In this document: piece by piece, positions 53,201-64,000 of the stretch
How positions within the stretch are numbered: position 1 is the first letter of the stretch
Layout of the letters: each line of letters starts with the position of its first letter
DNA from: Azolla caroliniana
Taxonomy: Eukaryota > Plantae > Polypodiophyta
DNA: 64,000 nt
Reading direction: 5' to 3'
NCBI GenBank assembly: GCA_043228905.1
Contig: JBHGNT010000002.1
Coordinates: forward strand, 22,878,001 to 22,942,000
Program-made: the position numbers and the translations under genes
The notes under the pieces: model-generated
Databases searched by the model: none
What the model saw: the letters and a program-made list of their open reading frames with translations, nothing else
Told to the model about the DNA's origin: nothing

Positions 53201-54457
53201 AGGTTTGTAAAACCATCTCATTCATCATTGCCAATTGTAAAACCACCTCATGCATTAAGATCACTATCGTGGATCTTTAGGAAACCTACAGCCTTTGTTT
53301 TGTACATTTGAATAACTAGAAGATACACGATCTTGCTCCAAGTCAATCGAGGGATATACAAATGGGCTCCCGACCAGGACATAACAAAGGGGTTACAATT
53401 GATCGGGCAATAGCAATTTGTCGTGCATGTAGGCCCTGGCCCCATGGACCACGACCTCAACACCCTTGTCATCGACAGATAAACGCCATTATCTCCCGCC
53501 ATCGCAGGTGCTTCCCTCGCTTCGAAGACCTTTCCATTCTGGATCAACCTATGCTAGAGATCTTTCAAAGACAAAAGTTACAACACATCTAACTTGAGAA
53601 TCTCACATGTGCCGAAAACCAGTTTCCCTCGTCTCTTTTTATCTTATTTACTTTTATATTTACGGGGTAATATTTATTTTATTTTGATTTGTTGAATTAT
53701 TGTTCTCAAAGACGAGACAACACTTAAGATGTAATCTCTTGTTTGGTCTTATATGCCATTTTGGCCTCTTAAAAGACGTTAATATATCTTTCTTCTCTCT
53801 CTCTCTCTCCATCCTGTTGTCGGTTTGGTGGTTAACACAATAGCATAAAAGTCATAAAATTGAGAGAACCCAAGCTTGATCCTTGCTATGGGCTTGGCCC
53901 CATCTCATAGATCACAACTGGTCTTCCATGGACGTTAAAAATCTCTCTTCTCTCAAGAATAAGAGGGCACCAAGCTTCTAGTATCAGTACAATTGAAGAA
54001 AAAGATGAGAACTTACAACTGAATTATGACATATGAGCCTCTCCAAGATGGGCCGAAGTTGAAGAAGACCTCGAGCTGGTGACGTTGAAAGATCACAACC
54101 ACGAATCTCGAGCGATCTCAATCTTCCAAAAGGTAATAGAGTTAAAGGACAAGGATCCCGTTTCGGGGATGGCAAAACCGAGACAACTTTTACAGCTGGG
54201 AGCAAACTAAGGAAACGACTTAGTTGCTCAAGAGCACGATGATCACCAAGATCAGAGATATATGCTCTAAGATAGTCCACTGGTGCTCCAATTCGAAGCC
54301 TTTCAAGCTCATGCAAAGCGTCAAGCCGAGTTTGAACATAATGCAAACCAACTGGATTAAGCTTCAAGACAAGGCTTCCATCTAATAGACTTCCAGCTTG
54401 CTTTTCAACAAACCGACCTAGTCGGTCCAAGTACCTATCCCCCGTAACTATCGCCAT
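44224..54457 (-). CDS. Leucine-rich-repeat protein, STK11IP-like (plant 'outer arm dynein light chain 1' family); 3' part may be disrupted
   Basis: Exon ~54457-54017 [10 protein letters not shown]...[15 protein letters not shown]...[23 protein letters not shown]; ~50190-49933 LDLSRNRF...LDLGFNQL; ~49622-49379 LDLSNNLI...LEGNPI; ~49293-49122; large exon from ~49039 ([20 protein letters not shown]); later pieces [18 protein letters not shown] (~47520) and [11 protein letters not shown] (~44530). 3' exon structure is tentative. Confidence 0.82.
45130..46460 (-). mobile_element. Second copy of the RTE/RTE-X-like LINE, with an internal deletion, in an intron of the LRR gene
   Basis: [11 protein letters not shown]...[11 protein letters not shown] and [14 protein letters not shown]. 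Nucleotide match to 39870-41340, including TTTTAAGAGGCCAAAATGGCCTATAAG. Confidence 0.85.
50290..52400 (+). mobile_element. Degenerate Ty1/Copia internal region in LRR-gene intron 1
   Basis: gag-like [17 protein letters not shown]; protease-like [14 protein letters not shown]; GHLNF; [55 protein letters not shown]. Confidence 0.8.
53330..53800 (+). mobile_element. 3'-end copy of the RTE/RTE-X-like LINE with a (TC)n tail
   Basis: Reverse complement of 39866-40245 (CATAACAAAGGGGTTACAATTGATCG...GGCCTCTTAAAAGA.GTTAATAT), followed by (CT)n. Confidence 0.85.
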
Positions 54458-55645
54458 GTCCTTCCTCTCAAGTAAAAAATGGGGAATTAATGTTTTCAAT
54501 GAATATGTTTCTTGTGCTCTTCCTGTCAGGCCAAAGGTAATGTATAATGTTTCTTCTTCCTCTGCGAGAAATCAAAGTTGCAAGGTTTTCAATACACTTT
54601 TTGCTTTCGTGCTTTCACACTTTCAATTGATTCTTTTTTTCATGCTCTTTCTCTGAGCAAAAAACCATAGTTTCAATGCTGCAACTCTTTCAATGGATTG
54701 TTACCTATAGATATCATATTTTTCTCTTAATGAAAATATGTTGCAGCAATATTTCAATGAATTATTTCTTTAACATGCTTCCTCTTGAACAACCAAGAAT
54801 GTAGTGCCATTGATGCCAGCTGTGCAAAAGATTATAGTAGCAATGTTTTCAATCAGTTCTACTATGCTATTCTTCTTACGAAAAAATTGGTAATAGCAAC
54901 ATTTTTAATGTATTTTGTCTTTCGAGTTCTTCCTCTTAAGCAAAGAGAAATATACCAGCAATGTTTCTTTCCGTCTTGGTTTTCCTCTCAAGAAACGAAG
55001 GAGCCTCATAACAAATTTATAGACGGATTGTTTTCTTCATGCTCTTCCTCTTAAGCATCAAAACCATAGTGCCAATGCTTTCCATGGTCTTTCTTTAAAG
55101 CAACAAAGAAACGTAGTAAAAATGCGTTCAATGGATTCTTCCTTTCATGCTCTTCGTCCTAAGGAGCAAAATCATCGAGTAGCAATGTTTTCATTAGATG
55201 TATTTTCTTGCAGAACCTTCTTCTTAACTGAAAATTCATTGTACGAATGCTTCTTTCTCAACGGTTCTCTTTATTTCATCCTCAACCCTTCATGCAAACT
55301 TCTTTCTTTCTTTTTCTTCCGCTTGAGTAAAAACGCTTGCAATGGCTTCTTTCTTCTTCGTCATCATCATAATCTTTTTTCTTCTCAACTGCATTGACAT
55401 GAAATGAAAATGTGTTCAAGAGTACTAACCTGCGACTCTTCTACAAGGGAACAAAGAAAGATACCCCTTCCTCTTCGTTACTATGGTTTGTGATCCGATA
55501 AGTCTCTGTCGAAAACGATACAATAATCGCTGCAAAGAAGAAGAAGAAGAAGAAGAAGAAGAAGAAGAAGAAGAGGCAGGGTTTTCAGAATCAGAGAATC
55601 AAGCTTCATACATTGAACTCAAACATGAAGAGAATCTGACGATTC

Positions 55646-55683
<38 letters not shown>

Positions 55684-55904
55684 ATATATCTATCTGACTG
55701 ACTCACTGTCTGTTGATATATCTAGACTCGGGGAATCAAGCTTCATACATTGAACTCAAACATGAAGAGAATCTGATGATTCCTCTCTCTTTCTCTCTCT
55801 CTCTCTATCTGCCTGACAGACTAGACTAGACTGTCTGTTTATATATCTATCTATCACTACGTCTGATCTGATCGTCAGAGAAAGAAAATCAAATCAAAAG
55901 AGTC

Positions 55905-55953
<49 letters not shown>

Positions 55954-56204
55954 GAACTGACAAGAGAAGCGAGAGTCTGAATGAATGAATTCTCAATCAT
56001 CGAATGAGTGGAATGAATGACTATGAAGGAAAGGAAAGGAAAGGAAAGGAAAGGAATGCTTCTTGTGTGAAGGAAGACTACCCACCAAACCAACACATCT
56101 TTGTATGACCACACACACACACACACACACACAGGCCTCCCTCTCGGGATCTGTCTCCGGTGTCCGCCTGCCCATGTCTGGCCTCTTTTCTTTTTATTGT
56201 AAAT

Positions 56205-56395
56205 ACCTTACCCTAGTGGTAAGTTGTCAACACTACAAGCACTGCGTTGTGGGTTCGAAACCCAACTTCCTCACCTCTCTATTATATACTTCTTATATAT
56301 CTCTTAATTCACTAGATGCCACTGTGAAATGTAAGAGCTTGAACCCATGACCACATGGTCTCCATTGGGCAACCTTACCAACTCAGCTACATCCA
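56205..56395. mobile_element. Two convergent tRNA-derived (Pol III, SINE-like) heads
   Basis: Plus strand: TAGTGGTAA...GGGTTCGAAACCC (56214-56263). Minus strand: GGATGTAGCTGAGTTGGTAAGG...GGTCATGGGTTCAAGCTC (56394-56335). Confidence 0.55.
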
Positions 56396-56402
56396 TTTGG
56401 GC

Positions 56403-56439
<37 letters not shown>

Positions 56440-56797
56440 TTGTTGAAAGCACATGATTATATTAATTGTATGTAAATTCCACTTCTTAGTTATAAATGAT
56501 AATACTTCTTAGTCTCCTCTACCTATCATAATTGAGACTTCAAATACATAAATTTGTCCTTCAATTTACTACCAATCCAATCAATCGATTCAACATTTGC
56601 AACATCAACACCCAATGGATAGCCCAAATGTCGATAAATGGATCCTCGTTTAAGCATTGACCCTCTGTCATCCCAAACATTCCAAATCACTCTTTGTACA
56701 AGAAATAAGGCGAAACTTCCTCCAATTTATATACAACTCTGAAGCCAAAGCAAAAAATTTACATCACCATGTATGCACAACCTTAAGGACCGAGGAT

Positions 56798-57400
56798 CAG
56801 AGAGAGAGAAATAGATTGATTATATTATCGTCTTCGAAGGTCAAATATGACCTGTGAGACCAAAAATATTACATTTCACGTGATATGTGTGAAAATGAGT
56901 AGCGACTCTCGATGTTCAAGAAGTTTAGCAATGAATGTTGCAATCAAGAGTGCACATTGTGGTTGTGAGAGAAATCCGTGCAAGGATTGGCTCGGTCGAA
57001 AAGATGTGGAAAGCATTGGTTGAATATGATCAAAGGTAGAACATTGTATCAAAGTGTATTACTCAGACTCGCGAACTTGTTTAGAGAGATAGATAGATAA
57101 ATAGATAGATTATATTATCGTCTTCGGGGGTCAAATATTACCTATGAGACCAAAAATATTACATTTCACGTGATACATGTGAAATTGACTAGTGACTCTC
57201 AATGTTCAAGAACTTTACCAATGAATGTTGTAATCGAGAGTGCACATTGTGGTTGTGAGAGGAATTCATGTAAGGATTCAACCGTGAAGGATTCGGCACC
57301 GTCGAAGAGATCTAGAAAGCAATTGTGGTTGTGAGAGGAATTCATGTAAGGATTCAACCGTGAAGGATTCGGCACGGTCGAAGAGATCTAGAAAGCATGG
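56798..57400. repeat. Tandem copies of a dispersed repeat, also present at 14309-14460
   Basis: GATTATATTATCGTCTTCG..GGTCAAATAT.ACCT.TGAGACCAAAAATATTACATTTCACGTGAT at ~56818 and ~57108, plus an inner 76-bp duplication at 57246-57397. Confidence 0.8.
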
Positions 57401-57500
57401 TCGAATATGATCAAAGGCATAGAGAGAGAGAACATGGTGTGTGTCAGTCAGTCGTCAATGCTTAATAGAGTATTTAAGCTCATGGGTGGTGTCTTATGTA

Positions 57501-57520
57501 ATTTAGGGTTTAGGGTGTTT
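57501..57520. promoter_or_regulatory. Telo-box-like motif upstream of the AP endonuclease gene
   Basis: TTTAGGGTTTAGGG (reverse complement contains AAACCCTA) about 160 bp upstream of the ATG. Confidence 0.45.
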
Positions 57521-57673
57521 AAGGGCTTTTCCTGTTGACACTTCATCACTGGTTTTTCTTTTGTCTTTTGTCTTTTGTCTCTCTCTGGATGGTAGGGAAG
57601 GGAGGCTTCCCTTCATTCGCTGATGCTATGCTGTACAGAGACAGGTGATTTGGATGGATGAATGCATGAATGC

Positions 57674-60600
57674 ATGATGAGGATCGTGAGTTGGAATGTG
57701 AATGGACTCTATACCACTCTCAGGGATGCATCCAACCGCCATGGTTCAATTGCTAACTATTTCTCTCATGTCCTCAAAGCTCATATTCTTTGCTTCCAGG
57801 TACATATATCTTTCTCTCTTCTCTCTTTTATTTAGTTCTGTTTTAATTGTTTGTTTATTTATTCTCCATTGCACAGCAATAACATACAATAACATACATT
57901 TACTATGCAGAGGAAGTCGCATTAAACAATAAAAAAGAAACCATGCCAACATGTTAAAAATCCCTCTTTATCTTTCCATATCGCTCAAACAGCTTTATCA
58001 GAAAATATGTGGTTTTTAAGATCTCTAAATAGCCTATAATACAACACGTTAAAAAAAAATTCAACTAGCTCAAAATTCATTTAAGCAATGTAAACTAACT
58101 TGAAGATGCATTAAAATAGTCTATAATGCTTGAAAACAGTTTTATCTAAATTCTACACGTTCTAGAATAAGTGTAAAGTAATCCAAAATGTATCAAATGC
58201 ATTCACACAGTTTAAACTAACTCAAAATGCATGAAAATAGTTCATAACTATCGCAACTAGGTCAATCAATAACTTGTTAAATCTACATTATATTTTTCAT
58301 ACGTGCATTACATCTAAGTAGTAAAAATTGCACCCTAAGATTTAAAATTTAAATGAAGGAAGTATTAGAAGCTCTAATTCAACTAAATTTTCATATTTCA
58401 TTATTTTAGGAGGCAAAAATTCAAGAAGAAAAGCTAGAGAAGTGGATGGCATGTGTACCTGGCTATGAGTCTTTTTGGGCGTTTAGCAAAAGCAAGAAGG
58501 GTTATAGTGGTAAGGTCTTCATCTCCTTTCTTTGATCAAGTAGTTTGCATGTTGAACTAGTGTGTAAACTTGGGGCAGATGGTTTGTGTTTAACAAATTG
58601 GAGACTCATCTGCACTCAATATATGAAGTGTTCATGAATTCAGACTCAAGGGTAAATTAATGATCACCTGTTTGTTGAATTAGCTACCTTGTCACCATTG
58701 GTGTGGATTATAACGATACAAAAATCCATTTATTAATCAAATTTATTGGGCCATCTTATAACAAACTACGAACATGTTTTTTCTCTTTTACAGGTGTGGT
58801 TACCTATGTTAAAGAAGAGCTTTCACCTCTGGATGCTCATGCAAATTCTTTGGGAGATTCTGATGACCCTTTAATTGATGAGCTCTGCAATGAAGGTCGA
58901 ATGGTTGAGACTGACCATGGAAGTTTTGTATTGATTAATGTATATGTTCCAAATGCTGGTGATAAGGAACAAGGACGCCCTCGTCTACATTTCAAACTTG
59001 CGTTTTTGGAAGCCCTGAAAAATAAATGTACGTTCATTAATTTCACACCATACTATATCAGGATGCCACATACTTTCTATCCACACAAAGATGCATTTTT
59101 ATTGTTCAAAATGGTCAATGTGTGAGAAAGTGATCATAACATGAAGCTGTGAAATGTGTAGGTGACGAACTTGTTTGCTCTGGGAGGCATGTTGTTGTTG
59201 TTGGGGATTTTAACGTTCCACACAAGGATAAGGATGTGTATAGAAATTGGAATATTAGGGATTTATATTCACCAGGTATCAAGGAATATGATGTTATTTG
59301 TATGATGCAGCGACATGCTTTTTAGTGACCATACGATAAAGAATTTAACATTCTTTTGTGTCGTTGTATGAAGTGCCGAATATTTCTATATATGGATGTT
59401 TAATATTACTGATATATATTTCTATACATGTTTCAGTGATCATCATAGAGAGTGGTGGCTACAGATGAAATAGTTATGATTTAGCCAGACTATGGAGCAT
59501 TAGTATATCCATTGCTGGTAAAGATATGTATAGACTAACAGAAAAAGAAAAAGAAAAGAAAAGGAGAGAAAGTATAACTAATAGGAAATCCCAGGGATTT
59601 TATGTAGTGCTCCAAAGTCTCAATCTCTTTGGGATATTGTTATTCTAGTTTGTAATCGCAGAGTATACTGCTGCTTGAAATCTCACATATGCATATCTTT
59701 CTATCTTAGTGTGAACAAATTGGATGGCTATTCCTATCTTAGATAAAAACAAATACACATCAGCCATACTTTTTCAAATGCAAACAAACAATAACAATGA
59801 GAGAGCCTAAACTTTTTACATTATCTAACAAAAGTATACGTGTGTGCTCTGCAGAAGAAACTGGTTTTATGGATAAGTTGTTCAATGAGTATGTTGATCT
59901 GTTCCGCCACTTCCATCCCAATGATGAAGATGTATTTTCTGTTTGGAATCAGAAAACAGAGGCAAGGATTCACAACGAAGGACTTCGGTGAGTAAGAATC
60001 TGACCAACTCTTGAATTTGTTTTTACATATATCTCCACCCAATACATGGAAGGAAATAACCAGATTTTGAGCTCAACCATGATCAAGGTAAAGAGTTAGG
60101 AATCTCATGGAATTTACTGAATATAAATGATGGGGTTTAATTTATAGGATATGAAACCTAAAACTGAAATCATAGAAAATGGTGGTAATCGTTCAAAAAA
60201 TTTGAAATTGTTTTTGTCAATTATTGCTTGTAAAATTAGTTGAACATTTAAGAAACGTCAGATCATAAAAATAGCCAAAAAATTTCAAAACATCCTTAAA
60301 ATTTAGGATAGATAACCCTTCTTTTTCATTTTCCCCCTAATCAGGATAGATTATGCCATGTGTGATCGACAATTCATTTCACAAGTAGTGTCAACAGATA
60401 TTATAAAGATGTTTCCGAAGAATTGGAGCGACCATGCTTCTGTACAGATCACGTTAAAAGAGCAACCTATGCTTTCACCACATCCAAGTCCAGCCCTAAG
60501 CTCTCGAAACATGAAAAAGTTCAATGAACAGAGTAAGCAGAAAAGACTAACTACAATGTTCCTTTCTACTCCAAAAAGGTCAATCGAAGAAGCTAATACA

Positions 60601-60846
60601 AATGGCACACAACATGCTACCATGAGTTGTTCAGAGGAATGCAAGAAAACAGCCGATGTATGTATCCTAAGTAACAAATCTAGTGGAATAATGCTACCAA
60701 TTACTCCATGTGATTCGGAAGGAACAGCACCATATAAGATGCAAAAGGTGGATTCAGATTCCGGTATTGAGACTGATGGTGCTAAGAATAAGCAGTTGGG
60801 TTCTCAAAAAAGTCTTACTTCGTATTTTCGCAAAGGTACTGGATAG
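57674..60846 (+). CDS. ExoIII/APE-family AP endonuclease, APE2/Apn2-like, 6 exons
   Basis: Exons 57674-57799 (MRIVSWNVNG...LCFQ), 58410-58509 (EAK...KKGYSG), 58794-59027 (EGR...LINVYVPN), 59162-59275 (VGDFN), 59855-59987 (DLFR.FHP...SVWN...NEGLR), 60345-60846 (IDY...SDHASV plus tail). All EEP catalytic motifs are present and phases match. Confidence 0.92.
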
Positions 60847-61112
60847 AACTCTTGTTTCCTTTTTTTCACATTTCAATGGATAAGGTAGAGATTCTTTCTT
60901 GAATGCTAGCTTTTCTTTTTCAACAATGATAGGCCAGACACATTTTGTATGGGTCATTTTGAGATGAAAAGGAAGGGTGTGGGGGCTTATAGGATTTTGA
61001 GTGTGTTGCTTATTGAAGCATCTAAATTGTCCCCCTTGTTTTGGGATTTCAGTAAGAATCTCTGCAAATATAAGATTCATCACCTAGTATCTAACAAAAA
61101 GGCATATCCTGC

Positions 61113-62485
61113 TAGTATTTGATCTTTCTGATTGAAATATCATTTTCTATGGAACTCCATTTCCATTAACAAAAGTGGTGATTCTGTAACTGTAAGATCC
61201 ACATTCTTCGGATGAAAGTTAACATACACATGCTTTCTGATTGAAATAGTATTTGATCTTTCTGATTGGAATATCATTTTCTATGGAACTCCATTTCCAT
61301 TAACAAAAGTGGTGATTCTGTAACTGTAAATCCACATTCTTTGGATGAAAGTTAACATACACATGCTTGTGATGCTTCTTATTTATCTAATTTATCTGTT
61401 TTTGACCACAATTAAAACATACAGTAACCTAAATCCCAGAACTTCAGTTCGGCTTTGTTTTTTACCTCAATATCGTTTATGTCGTTTACCTCAATATTGT
61501 TTTTATTTTAGGGAACAAGTCTATTTGGTTTGATCTGGTCAGTTAGGAAACTTAGCCCTGCCGATTCAGCACCAAAGTTTTTAGTTGATATCCGCCTAAT
61601 ATATATTGACCTAAAACTCCTATACCTTACTCGATACTCTACACTCCAAACCCTAAATCTATATCCCAATCCCCAATCTCAAATCCTAAATCCTAAATCC
61701 TAAACTGTAATCCCTAAACCCAACCTCTCCAAAACCTTATGTTAATACTCGAAGCCCATAATTTTAAAGTCAATGACTCTACATTTACCTTATGTTAATA
61801 CTCGAAACCCATAATCCTAAAGTCAATGATAGAAAGTTTGAAATGTTAAACATTTACCTAGACAAACACTTGTATTGAAATGAGCTTACATGCCTAAGAA
61901 TCATACAATCACCCTCAATCCTAAATGGTTGCTTAAGTTGTACTTTTCTTGTAAGAAACAATTTCTCAAACATACCTCTTCATTTTTATGTACACATAAC
62001 ACCCTGTTTTGAAGACAACTTTGTGAGCTTCAAGCACTAAAGTCTTTTTTGTACTGTTTTTATTGGGGTGAAGTGAAGGTATAACATTATAGTGTTTCCA
62101 TCAAAAGCTTACACTCTAAAGTGCAAGAAAATGCATGTTGTATGAGAGGAGGCCACACTTACCAATTTCATTACAAAAGCAAGTTGACATTTGTTTTTAT
62201 AATGTGGGAACCTAAAATAATGTGTGACATCACATACTTTAACATTTAGGCTTATGACATGGTTGCTAAATTTATGGTTTCAATGTGTTTCCATTGATAT
62301 CAAGCAATAATCGGCTTACACTGTAAAGTGCAAGAAAATACATGATGTATGACAGGAGGTCACACTTACCAACTTCATAACAAAAGCAAGATGACATTTG
62401 TTTGATCAAGTGGGAACCTAACATTATGTGGGACATTACATATTTTTACATTTAGGTTTATAGAATGGTCACTAAATTTATGCTT
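61113..62485. repeat. Cluster of local duplications (periods ~134, 53 and 207 bp) and degenerate telomere-like repeats
   Basis: Repeat pairs at 61113/61247, 61734/61787 and 62107/62314; CCCTAAA/TCCTAAA units at 61648-61722. Confidence 0.8.
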
Positions 62486-64000
62486 ATCAAACTTTTTCTT
62501 GGTGTCCATAAGGCTATTTTAGGAAGGATGTTTGAGTGACAATTCATATTGTAAAATGATGCGCAATTGGTTTTGATGCCATATTAACTTCCAGAACATG
62601 GTGTTCACTTGTCCTTGTGGATGTCCATATTCGTATCACAATTGACAAATTGTTTTCTAACTTGAGTCATTAAGATCCCCAAAATCATATGCCTAAGTGG
62701 TAAATCATAATTACACTAAAGGTTCATTTGTTATTAATGGTGATGCATGTAGCATGGTAGACGCTCCTTGGATGGGCACAACATATTAGGTTCAATGATG
62801 ATTCAATGACGAAATATTGAGATCAGTCATGACTAATCAAACAATAGATTTTCAAATTCTTTACTAATGAGATTGATTTCCTTTCAATGCTTAAAGTGAT
62901 GGGAAATTATGACAAAACGTCATAAAGTGCATAATATGTTGATTGAAATTCTATGCAAATATGTCATAGTTTGTTTCATTTATAAATGTTTCCACTCACA
63001 AACATAAAAGAATCCATCCAACATTTTTCCAACATGAGGTAGTGATTTTTCCATATTATAAGAAACAAAAATTGTAAGTGGCCCTAAAAAAGAATGTAAG
63101 GTCATAGGACAAAGTTGTGATCATCACCAAAAGATATTTGTTAGCTTTCTAAAAACATGAAGATATAGCGCTTCGAATAAGACAAAAAATGTAGGTCGGC
63201 AAATGGGAGAAATATGACAATTGGCATCATCTTGGAAGCATTTAAAACTAAAATGATATGGGACAAGATGCAAGAATTTGGAATATGAATGGTTACATTG
63301 ACACGGAAATACTTCTAGCAACAGAATAGGGCATGAAAATGGGCTATGCAACATTTTTTAATTTGAAAATGATATAGAAAATTTGTGCATTTTTATGTTA
63401 TTTGATCATGGAAAACACTATTATGTACATGGAATCTCAAAGCTGAAACATGCATGGTACATACATATATGCGTATGTATGCAATTTTGTAGTGTGGCTT
63501 TTATCCTAACATGAAATGCATAGAAATGTCGGAGAAATCGAGGAACTCTTAACTTTGTGGTTCTAAAGTTTCTCAAATGCCAATTCAAGAACATGTTGAG
63601 AATTGGGAAAGCTAACTTGTAGAGAAGGTCAACTTGGTGGTGGTAGAAAAAGGCTACAAGGTCATACAAATTGCTTATGAGGTTAAAAAGGACACGCAAT
63701 GTTATCTTATAGTAGATTGAAGGGTTTGGAATGTGAATAGAAAAAGTCACTATATACTTGTAAGAAAATGTTTATCTCCTTTTCATATGAGTTGGATGAT
63801 TCGCTTGTTTCAAAACAATGTCGAAAGTTCCTATGACAACATGAGGTGATGACATGTAAAAATAAATCTTGTGTGCATTATATATAGTATTAAGGGTGTA
63901 AAAGTTTGGTATTGCAGTTTAAAGTCTGTAATGCAATGAATTCATTAGATATGTAAAAATATAAACTAGGTAGAGCATCAGCTTCCTAATTAAAAAAATA

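Noticed and set aside
52780-53300. Possible L1 ORF1 fragment on the minus strand
   Set aside because: Only weak zinc-knuckle-like hints, insufficient for a call.
56335-56394. Functional tRNA gene
   Set aside because: A and B boxes are present, but the acceptor and anticodon stems do not pair convincingly; treated as SINE-like.
62500-64000. Possible SWIM-zinc-finger or transposase remnants (similar hints at 17000-17800 and 35640-36020)
   Set aside because: Motifs are too eroded to assign without a search.
1-64000. CRISPR array, rRNA or prokaryotic operon
   Set aside because: No repeat-spacer periodicity or rRNA-like sequence; the architecture is eukaryotic.

Overview
AT-rich, intron-containing nuclear DNA from a land plant. 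The (GA)n-rich UTRs, RTE-X-like LINEs and gene content suggest a seed-free plant such as a fern, but this is inference. Seven protein-coding loci are supported: a J-domain protein with a decayed DUF3444-like tail (+), exocyst SEC10 (-), a LETM1-like protein (-), a 14-cysteine defensin-like secreted peptide (-), an intact 8-exon SMUG1-type uracil-DNA glycosylase (+), an LRR protein resembling STK11IP/AT3G17920 (-), and an APE2-like AP endonuclease (+). The most striking item is the SMUG1 (UDG family 3) gene. This family is known from animals and some bacteria and is reported absent from Arabidopsis. Here the catalytic domain resembles bacterial SMUG1 yet is split by 7 spliceosomal introns, and it lies about 16 kb from an atypical APE2-like gene that would act in the next base-excision-repair step. 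Introns and intergenic DNA hold degenerate LINE, Copia, MULE/MITE and tRNA-derived SINE-like pieces, microsatellites and many local tandem duplications. Exon boundaries and translations were read by eye, and protein similarities are from recall, not database searches.
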